The notes below the pieces were generated by a model that worked only from the letters and a program-made list of their open reading frames with translations, did no database searches and was not told where the DNA came from. This document shows positions 11,319 to 21,200 of a stretch of DNA of 64,000 bases, piece after piece (the stretch's first letter is position 1; every line of letters begins with the position of its first letter). The position numbers and the translations under genes were made by a program. The DNA is from Phyllobates terribilis (Eukaryota), in the NCBI RefSeq assembly GCF_046119375.1, contig NW_027362761.1:993364001-993428000 (forward strand). Reading direction: 5' to 3'.

Positions 11319-12181
11319 GGCTATGTGCCCACTATGCAGAAATGCTCAGGATTTTTTCCTGAGCGTTTCTGCATCTCCCTGGCAGAAAAAACGCATGCGG
11401 ATTGTGCATGCGGATTGTACATGCAATTTTCCTGCCAGGGACAAGCGGATGTGAAGTGTTCTTCACATGCATTTCCGCATGCGGGTTGACAAACGCTTTT
11501 CCAAGCGATTTTAGCATCACTTGGAAAGTGCTTGTCAACTTGGTCACACTATATAAATCCATGCAAACGGCACGGATTTATATAGTGTGACCTTAAAGAA
11601 TGTTTAAAAATAAAAAAATAAATCTATACTTACCTTCCGATGGTCGCCGGAGTCTTGATTCGCTCCGTTCTCCCTTGCCGGCAGCTCGCGGTACGCTGTA
11701 CTGAAAGACCTGCCGTAACATGACTATGACTTCAGCGCAGGTCCTTCAGTCCATCGCGATCTGCCGGCAAGGGAGGACGAGCGCTGCGGGGGCCGTCAGA
11801 AGGTAAATATAATATTTATTTTTTATTTTATTCTTTTTTTTACAGGTTCTATGGTACCCGGGTCCGGAGGAGAGTCTCCTATCCTCCACACCCGGGTACC
11901 ATCCGCACATTGGAACGCATGAAATGCGCATCTACATATGCAGTGATGCGTAATCCAAGCGATTCAATGCAAGTCAATGGCGGTGAAAACGCAGCATGTC
12001 CGCAAAATAATTGGTAGTGCTGCGCTTTTTTCCCCAGCGGAAGTTTCCGCAGCATGTGCACAGCACTTGCGGATTATCATTGGGGACCATGGCAGGCCTT
12101 CTACCATGCGTTTTTTAAGCGTTTCTGCAGCGTTTTTGCCGCTGCGGAAACACTTAAAAAACGCATCGTGGGCACACAGCC
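11319..12181. mobile_element. PIF/Harbinger-type MITE
   Basis: TIR GGCT(A/G)TGTGCCCAC at both ends, TAA TSD (11316-18 and 12182-84), internal AAAACGCA/TGCG repeats. An inverted relative lies at 33221-34429. Confidence 0.8.
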
Positions 12182-12575
12182 TAAATGTACCTACGCATAC
12201 AGATTTTTTGCAGACAATCAAAGAACTGTTGTGTCAGGTGGAGACTGCTTTTTAAAAGGCAGAGGACGTGATGCTAATGGTGGCCTTTTCTACTATTGAC
12301 TAATTGGTGATCCTGTGTTTACACCTAGCAGCCGAATCCCAAACAGAGCACAGCTACACTGTATCATTTTCAATGTGGATTTCAGATTACTTTAGAGTCT
12401 CCTCAGACAATACAGCTAAGATGAAGTCATATGTGCATACCACTGGATCAGTCCCAGATCAATATATCTCATGCAATATTTGTGGAGTCATACTGAGGTG
12501 CCTTGTAATTAACAGTGAAAATAACTTTGAGGACCCATGTACCTGTGCAGAACATGCATGTTCACCTTTAAACTG

Positions 12576-13885
12576 ATTATAGAATCATGGAATTTTAGAT
12601 TTGGAAAGGACCTGATTCATCGTGTCTAACCACCCTGCTCAATGCAGGATTCGCTAAACCATCTCAGACAGATGTCTGTCCAGCCTCTGTTAGAAGACTT
12701 CGATTGAAGGAAAACTCACCACCTCTCGTGGCAGTCTATTCCACTCATTGATCACCCTCACTGTCAAAAAGTTTTTTTAAATATTTAATCTGTATCTTCT
12801 CCCTTTCAGTTTCATTGCATTGCTTCTCTTTTTCCAAGTGCAAATGAGAATAAGTTTGATCCCTCTACACTGTGTCATCCCTTCAGATATTTATAGACAG
12901 CTATTAAGTCTCCTCTTAGCCGTCTTTTTTGTAAGCTAAACATTGCCAGATCCTTTTACCGTTCCTCATAGGACATAGTTTGCAGTCCACTCACCATGCT
13001 CTTCTCTGAACTTGCTCCAGTTTTTCGATAACTTTTTTTAAAATGTGGTGCCCCGAACTGTACACAGTATTCCAGATGAGGTCTGACTAAGGAGGAGTAG
13101 AGGGGGATAATTACTTCACATGCTTCTGTTACATCCCAATACTGTGTTTGCCTTTTTTGCTGCTGCATCACACTGTTGACTCATGTGCAGTCTGAGATCT
13201 ATTAGTATATCCAAGTCTTTTTCACACTTGCTGTTGCTTAGTTCTATTCCTCCCATTCTGTAAATGTAATTTTCGTTTTTCTTGCCAAGATGTAGATTCT
13301 TGCATTTCTCCCTGTTAAATACCATTCTATTAGTCGTTGCCCGTTGTTCAAGCTTATCTAGATTCACCTGAGTCCTTTCTGTTTCTCCTCTAGTGTTAGA
13401 TATTTCTTCTAGCTTTGCATTGTCTGCAAACTTAATTAGTTAACCTTCAGTTCCCTTATCTAGATCATTTATAAAAAATGTTGAACAACACTGGGGCCAA
13501 GACAGAGCCTTGTGTTACCCCACTTGAAACACTCCTCCAATTGGATGTGCAACCATTTATTACCACTCTTTGAGTATGATCACTGAGCCAGTTACAAATC
13601 CACCTAACCGTAGCCTTGTCAATCCCATACTTGGTAATTTTTTCAATAAGGATAGTATGAGATACTTTATCAAATACTTTGCTGAAATCGAGAGATACTA
13701 TATCTACTGCATTTCCCTCATCCACCCAGTCAGTGTTTCTATCAAGAAGGAAATTAGATTAGTCTGGCATGACTTGTTTGCTACAAACCCATGCTGGTTC
13801 TGGTTAATTTAATTACTGTATTCTCATCCAAGTACTTACATACATGCTATTTAATAATTTGTTCAAAGATCTTTCCTGGTATAGA
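12576..13885 (-). mobile_element. CR1 LINE, 3' part of ORF2 (RT) plus 3' tail
   Basis: Fragments [27 protein letters not shown] and FNREKCK..HLG. The minus-strand 3' end ATTCCATGATTCTATAATC resembles the CR1 (ATTCTRTG)n tail. Confidence 0.88.
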
Positions 13886-13890
13886 AATAA

Positions 13891-14310
13891 TGTTAGAACC
13901 TTGCTCTTAGGTTTTTTCCTTTGCTGGTCACATGACCTTGTTGGCCTATTTAATCCTGCTCCGCCCTTCTGGCTTTGCTGGACTTCATTGTATAACTACT
14001 TTCTAGCTAGCCTGTGCTCTGTATCTAACTCTGTTAGTTTGCTTGGTCTACGGACCTCTATGTTCTATATATTTTGTTTGTTCGTCTGTCTGCTACTATT
14101 TCTGTTAGGAGGTGTCCCATATTCCTCCCAGTCCTTAGTACTTGTAGGGATTCCTTCCCCACATCTATAGGTCTCCGTACAGACTAGCTTAGGACTTTAG
14201 CAGGTCTGATCGCAGGATCAGGTTCCCTGTTACATCGTAGGGATTCAGCTGAGTTCTATCGTAGGGACAGATCTCCTCTCTTTCCTTAGCTCTGGTAGCA
14301 GAACATAACA
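13891..14310 (+). repeat. 5' LTR of the sushi-like element
   Basis: TG..CA ends, TATA-like TATTTAA at 13947-13953. Two mismatches seen versus the 3' LTR. Confidence 0.95.
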
Positions 14311-14312
14311 GT

Positions 14313-14321
14313 AAGTCCAGC
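14313..14321 (+). promoter_or_regulatory. Putative self-priming PBS (Tf1/sushi type)
   Basis: No TGG tRNA-type PBS follows the LTR. AAGTCCAGC is the exact reverse complement of GCTGGACTT (13977-13985), which begins 30 nt after the TATA-like box. Confidence 0.65.
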
Positions 14322-14358
14322 CTGCAAATTCTCTAAGGAAAGATTTTTCTGTTCCATC

Positions 14359-15131
14359 ATGGTGTCGGTTCAGGATTTGGCTAAACACCTGCAGGGACTC
14401 TCTCTGGAAGTGGCCGAGCTCCGTCAGCACGTGAGTAACTGTCCTGGAGCACATTTCTTGGAGCCTAAGATATGTTTGCCGGATTTATTTTTTGGTGAAC
14501 ACCGAGAATTTTTTTCATTTAAAAATGCTTGCTTATTGTATTTTCGTTTGAGACCCAAGTCCTCTGGGGATGAATCCCAGCGCATAGGGTTCATAATGTC
14601 ACTTTTGCGCAAAGAGCCTCAGGAGTGGGCCTTTTCTTTGCAACCTAGTGATACATGCTTCAGATCAGTGGATAGTTTTTTTTCTGCTTTGGGACTATTA
14701 TATGATGATCCTGACCGTGTCGCATCAGCTGAGACTGAGTTGAGACGTTTGAAACAGGGATCAGGTAATGTGGAAAAATATTGTACTCATTTCCGTCGTT
14801 GGTCTACTCAAACAGGGTGGAACGATTCTGCTCTGAAAAGTCTATTTCTTGCTGGGCTCAATGAAAGGGTTAAAGACCTGCTAATTGCTTATCCTACACC
14901 TGAAGATTTGCAACAGGCTATGCAATTAGCTATACGGGTGGATAGGAGACTGCGTGCAAGGGTTAATGAGAGCAAATCCTCTGCTATGTCAGTTTCTGGT
15001 TATGAGAATGTGTGTACTAACAGTGGTGAACCGATGGAGATTGGATCGGTGGCACCTCGCTCTCAAGAAAAAGACCGTAGATTTTCTGAAGGCTTGTGTT
15101 TCTATTGCGGAAAATCTGGTCATTTAATTAA
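14359..15131 (+). CDS. Gag (Ty3/sushi capsid plus CCHC knuckle), 5' segment of a split gag-pol ORF
   Basis: EPKICLPDLFFG..., EPMEIG, CFYCGKSGHLI. The knuckle is completed (KGC) on the far side of the piggyBac. Confidence 0.9.
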
Positions 15132-15599
15132 CCACTTCGCGCCAGAGCCTGTTTTTGCCTTCATGACCGGGCCAATTTTTTCAATTCTGACCACTGTCAC
15201 TTTATGAGGTAATTACTCTGGAACGCTTCAACGGATCCCCCTGATTCTGAGATTGTTTTTTTGTGACATATTGTACTTCATGATAGTGGTAAAATTTCTT
15301 TGATATCACTTGCGTTTGATTGTGAAAAAATCGGAAATTTGGCGAAAATTTTGAAAATTTTGCAATTTTCAAACTTTGAATTTTCATGCCCTTTAATCAG
15401 AGAGATATATCACACAAAATAGTTAATAAATAACATTGCCCACATGTCTACTTCACATCAGCACAATTTTGGAACCAAAATTTTTTTTTGTTAGGAAGCT
15501 ATAAGGGTTAAAAGTTGACCAGCGATTTCTCATTTTTACAACAAAATTTACAAAAACATTTTTTTTAGGGACCACATCTTATTTGAAGTGACTTTGAGG

Positions 15600-16440
15600 A
15601 GCCTTTATGACAGAAAATACCCAAAAGTGATACCATTCTAAAAACTGCACCCCTCAAGGTGCTCAAAACCACATTCAAGAAGTTTATTAACCCTTCAGGT
15701 GCTTCACAGGAATTTTTGGAATGTGGAAGAAAACAATGAACATTTAACTTTTTTTCACAAAACTGCTACTTTAACCTCAAATTTTTAATTTTCACAAGGG
15801 CAGCCAGAAAAAATGGACCCCAAAATGTGTTGTGTAATTCCTCCTGAGCACGCTGATACCCCATATGTGGTGCAAAGCCACTGTTTGGGTGCACGGCATG
15901 GCTTGGAAGGTAAGGAGCGCCATTTGACTTTTGGAATGGAAATTTGACTGGAATGGATAGCGGACGCCATGTTGCATTTGGAGAGCCCCAGAGGTGTCTA
16001 AACAGAGGAAACCCCCAACAAGTGACCCCATTTTGGAAACTAGACCCCTCAAGGAACTTATCTAGATGTGTGGTGAGCACCTTGAACCCCCAGGGGCTTC
16101 ACAGAATTTTATAATGTTGAAGTGTGAAAATAAAAAAACACATTTTTAACACAAAACTGCTACTTTAGCCTCAAATTTTTAATTTTCACAAGGGCAGCCA
16201 GAAAAAATGGACCCCAAAATGTGTTGTGCAATTTCTCCTGAGCACGCTGATACCCCATATGTGGTGCAAAGCCACTGTTTGGGCGCACGGCATGGCTTAG
16301 AAGGTAAGGAGCGCCATTTGACTTTTGGAATGGAAATTTGACTGGAATGGATAACGGACGCCATGTTGCATTTGGAGAGCCCCTGAGGTGCCTAAACAGA
16401 GGAAACCCACAACAAGTGACCGAATTTTACAATCTACTCC
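15600..16440. repeat. About 394-bp tandem repeat in the piggyBac 3' region
   Basis: CACAAAACTGCTACTTT at 15756 and 16150. Near-identical ORFs at 15785 and 16179. Recurrent AAGTGACCCCATTTTGGAAA. Confidence 0.8.
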
Positions 16441-16483
16441 TCTGTATAAATTAATCTAGTGGTGGGAAAATAAGTAGATGGGT

Positions 16484-16669
16484 AAATGGTCACTAAACCC
16501 ATAGATGAATTCCCACAGAGGTGTCATTTCTATAATGGGGTCACTTCAGGGGGGATTATGCTGTTCTGGCACTTTTCAGAGTACCAGAGCTAAAGAATTC
16601 CCCCTGAAGTGACCCCATTTTGGAAATGATACCCCTCTGGGAATTCATCTATGGGTTTAGTGACCATTT
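16484..16669. repeat. Inverted repeat (about 70-bp arms, about 46-bp spacer) within piggyBac
   Basis: AAATGGTCACTAAACCCATAGATGAATTCCC...GTCACTTCAGGGG versus CCCCTGAAGTGACCCC...GAATTCATCTATGGGTTTAGTGACCATTT. Confidence 0.85.
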
Positions 16670-16821
16670 TAACTCAATGGATGATTTCCAGAAACAAGCA
16701 CGCAATGGAAGGTTTAGATTCTGGAGAACCCCCCCTGGAAATTAAGTGAGCTCTACTCGAATGTGTCATTCACTAAATGAACCAAATGTTTGAATGACAA
16801 ATTGGGATACATTTTTACAGT

Positions 16822-16913
16822 TTAAAAACGTGGTTCTGTGTGGAAGATTTTAAAGCAGTCAGTGACGCATAAGGCTGGCAATGATGGGCATTGTGGGCAA
16901 TAGTAGCGGGTAT
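16822..16913 (-). pseudogene. Displaced C-terminal cysteine-rich domain of the piggyBac transposase
   Basis: Across the GTAT TSD the frame reads ...RRDT-RYYCPQCPSLPALCVTDCFKIFHTEPRF*. Confidence 0.88.
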
Positions 16914-17916
16914 TGACGCGCCCCTGGGCCTGCTGTGTCGCGCAACGTCTCACGCACGGGGGCTTACCCGGAACCGGATCAGATGAGGGTTGTAGTCTCC
17001 GAGTGGCGGGGACCCGGTCCGTGCCCAGGGAGTCAAACTCAGTGTGTGGCAGTCTTGATAGGTGTTATTTGAGTGTCGACTACGCCACCCGTTGATTTGC
17101 AGCTCTGGAGCTGCCGCTGCAGGGCAGACCGCTGAGGCCGGTGTAGAATTGTGCAGTGTGATAGTATAACCCCCAACGGGAGGGGTATGGCCTCAGGGCA
17201 GCCGACGTGGAAGATGGGGGTAGCAGGAACCACTCAGAGACGGTGCGGTGTAATTCAGGGTCTTTACTGGTAACAACGATAGACCCTCCCGGAGTACTTG
17301 CTAGCGAACGGGGCCTGGTCAGTCCTTGAGCAGATGGGATCTCCCCTGGCCAGGCGGAGTTGTAGGCCTCCCAAACTGACTGTACTCTTCTGGCTACCTT
17401 GCTAGAAGCGGATATAAGTAGCCCACGTCCCTGAGTGTGCCGTGTGGTGCTCACCCGTATGGCCGGTGACTCGGGGCCTTCTAATGGCTTCCGCTCCACG
17501 ATGGCGGTGCTGGTCCCACGCGTGTGACCTTGCCTTCGGGTTTCTGGGCCTGAGGACCTGAAATCCCCTGCCGGTCGGCTTCTGCTGCTGGGTAAGAGTT
17601 AGTCCCCACAGCCTCGGACGCCGGGTCCGGTAAGAAAGCTTCTCAGTCAGGGCGAGCTCTGCAGCTGCCAGCCCCTGACTCGTAGTAGTATTGCTCCCAC
17701 TGAGCTTCTGCTGTTTCTTCCTATGACTGTTTCTCGTCTCTACTCTCCTTGACTCCTAACCCTGCCTCAGCCCCGGGTTTATATAGGGGAAGTTCTTCCC
17801 CTCCCCAGACTGGACAGGAGGTGTGGCATGCACAGGATCCCTGACCAAAGGACCTCCCACCTGCTCTCAGACATAACATTACATTACTGTGGAAACCAGA
17901 CCCCTGGGGTGCCACA
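16914..17916 (-). repeat. 3' LTR
   Basis: Direct repeat of 23818-24820 with about 5 mismatches seen. TGTGGCACCCC...GGGGCGCGTCA on the minus strand. Confidence 0.96.
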
Positions 17917-17927
17917 TTCCCCCCTAG
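17917..17927 (-). promoter_or_regulatory. Polypurine tract
   Basis: Minus strand CTAGGGGGGAA abuts the 3' LTR. Confidence 0.8.
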
Positions 17928-18281
17928 TGAAATTTAGTACTCCGGGACTAAACATATTTTAGAAAAACATAACAAGATATAACAACAATAACAGTACAAT
18001 AAGAAGAAACACATAAAGGTGGTCACGGCATGTCCGTAACCGGGTGCAGTCTTTGAAGAAAAAGCAAGGTGTCCATTTCACCAAAACAGGGAGACGTAAC
18101 CAGGTAGGGGTTTGTCCTGCCCCGAGTCCTTAACAGTCTTTAGTCCATCCTGGGTTACGCTCCAACTATGTACAAGGGATTCCCGGTAAATCCACCAAGG
18201 ACTCCTACAAATAACTAGAAACACAAAATTATACACAAGCAACAATACACAGGTAAACATAAATAAAACAATTTATACACT

Positions 18282-21200
18282 TCAAATCCTCCAACGTGCG
18301 GGTAACTGGCCTCTAGTGGCCCTAGTGGACCTACGGAGCTGACTGTCTAGCCCTGAACTACAGGGTGTAGGAGCTGTCAAGGGTAAACTGGGCAGCTGTC
18401 TACCGGCTCTTTGGCTCACTAGGGATATGGCAGGCTCACTGCAAGCAGAGGGTTGATCCTCCTGGTCTGCGGGTGTGGGGTCTTCTGCCTCCTGGACCGG
18501 CTGTTCTTCCAGCTCTACCTGTTGCTCCGTAGGTGCTTGGGATGCTGGTTGGAGGAAGGTGAGTACGGGTACCACAACTGCACCATTGACTTGAGTCCAA
18601 GACCGAGGGAAGTCCCCGAGCACAGTACTAACCATATCTTCCCTTTCCTCTACGGGCCGATGGTCTTCTTGTTCCTCTTCAGGGTTCCTCAGTTGTTCGG
18701 GACACTTCTTCAGGTGGTCCCGGGATACAATGGCTGTGGTTTCCCTTCCGTCTTTACTGATGGTACAAACCTTTGGGTTCTCGTGGCTTGAGGGCAGTAC
18801 GGTGTACGGGTCCTTCTCCCACTGGTCGTCCAACTTGTGGAGCCGTCTCTTCCTCTTCAAGACCTGCTCTCCGGGTACCAGGGGAACAGCGGGAGCATAC
18901 TGGTTGTAAGTTTTCTCTTGTCTTTCCCTAGCCTGACAGAGACTTCGCTCCACGCTCTCCTGTACTCTCCGGTACTGCTGCTGCCTCTCTGTGTCCCAGT
19001 CTGCTTCTGGTGAAGTGTCCTCGGGTGTCAGGACTCCCATTTCCAGGTCAACAGGTAACTTACCAGGTCTTGCCCTCATTAGGTAAGCCGGGGTACAGTT
19101 GGTGGAACCTACCGGGATGTGGTTGTATAGGTCCACCAGATCGGGCAACTTCTCAGGCCACAGACTGCGTTCTTCCAGGGGCAACGTTTTTAGAAGATCC
19201 ATTACCACCTGGTTCATTTTCTCACAAAGTCCATTAGTTTGCGGATGGTAGGGTGTCGTCCTTATCTTCCGGCAGCCATACAGATTGCAGAATTCCTGGA
19301 AGACCTCCGCTTCAAAGGCAGGTCCCTGGTCTGTCAACACTTGGTCCGGGTACCCGTGTGGACGGCAGAAATGCTGCTGGAAGGCTCTAGCTGCTGTTCG
19401 AGCTGTTAAGTCCTTGACGGGAACGACAACCAAGAACCGGGAGTAGTGATCCACGATGGTTAGTGCGTAGACGTAGCCACTTCTGCTTGGGGTCAGTTTT
19501 ACATGATCCAAGGCTACCAGTTCCAACGGCTGCCGGGTGACGATGGACTGCAGGGGAGTCTTCTGGCTGGCACGGTCCTTCCTTCTTAGGTTGCACGGGC
19601 CACAGTCTCTGCACCACCTCTCGATGGTTCCCCTCATGCCTACCCAGTGGAACCGCTCGCGCAGCAGGAACTCCAGCTTCTTCCATCCGAAGTGTATAGC
19701 CCCGTCGTGGTATGCCTCCATCACCATGGCTGCGTCTCTTCGTGGCACCACTACTTGCCAGATTAGTTCATGCGTCCGGGAGTTAACCATTCTGCGGCAC
19801 AACTTCCCCTTGTAAAGGAACAGTCGACTCTTCTCTGCCCATAGTTGTTTGGCTTCCTCCGGAGCGTCTGGTTCAAGGCAAGCCTCCGGGCGAGTCAGCA
19901 TCTCCTTCACCAGTCGGACGGCAGGGTCGCTGTCTTGCGTTTCCGCCCAGTTGTAGTGAGGTAAGGGGTTCAACGTAGCAGCCTGCTTACTCCTTACCCG
20001 GTGCGAATACTGGATAGTCCCATGACGGTGGAACGCAGGGAGTTCAACTTCTTCCAGTCCCTCCAGGTCTTCTCCTTCGTCCGGCAGGTTGGGCATCCTG
20101 GACAGGGCGTCCGCGTTGGTATTGGAGCGTCCGGCCCGGTATTTGATTGTGAACTTGTAGTTGGACAGACGGGCCATCCACCTCTGTTCCAGGGCACCGA
20201 GTCTTGCCGTGTCCAGGTGTGTCAACGGGTTGTTATCCGTGTACACGGTGAACCGGGAAGAAGCGAGGTAATGCTTAAAGCGCTCGGTGACTGCCCATAC
20301 TACGGCCAGGAACTCTAGCTTAAATGAGCTGTAATTCTCGGGGTTCCTTTCGGTGGGTCGCAGCTTTCGGCTGGCGTAGGCGATTACTCGTTCCTTCCCC
20401 TGCTGGATCTGGGACAGTACGGCTCCTAGCCCGATGTTACTGGCGTCGGTGTAGAGGATAAAGGGCTGGCTATAATCCGGGTACGCCAGGATTTCGTCCC
20501 CCGTGAGGGCCATCTTCAGCTGGCGGAAGGACTCTTCTTCCAGCTCCTCCCATTTGAAGGGCGGCTTCTGGTTCTTGGCCTTCCGGGACTGGCCTATCAG
20601 GAGGTCCTGCATAGGTGCTGCCTTTTTGGTGAAACCGGGAATAAACCTTCGGTAGTAGCCTACCAACCCGAGGAACTGCCGCACTTCTTTTACGCTGGAG
20701 GGGCTTGGCCATTCCTTAATTGCGGTGATCTTATCAGGGTCGGGAGCCACTCCGTCAGCGCTCACCACGTGTCCCAGGTACTGCACCTTTGGTTTCAGGA
20801 GGTGACACTTGGAGGGTTTCACCTTTAGGCCGTAACTCGCCAGAGCTTCGAACACTTCCGCCAGGTGTTTCAGGTGGTCCTCATACGTCTTGGAATATAC
20901 GATGACATCGTCCAGGTACAACAGGACCGTCTCGAAGTTTCTGTGGCCCAGACAACACTCCATTAGTCGTTGGAAGGTTCCTGGTGCGTTGCAGAGTCCG
21001 AACGGCATGCAGGTGAACTCGCTAAGTCCCATCGGGGTGGTGAATGCGGTCTTCTCCCGGTCCGCCTCTGCTACAGGAACCTGCCAGTACCCGCTAGTGA
21101 GATCCAAGGTAGAGAAGAAGTTAGCAGATCTTAAAGCAGCCAATGACTCCTCTATCCTTGGTAAGGGGTACGCATCCTTGTGTGTGATACGGTTGATTTT

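Noticed and set aside
15132-15207. Last 25 codons of the 282-aa gag ORF
   Set aside because: Read-through into the piggyBac left end.
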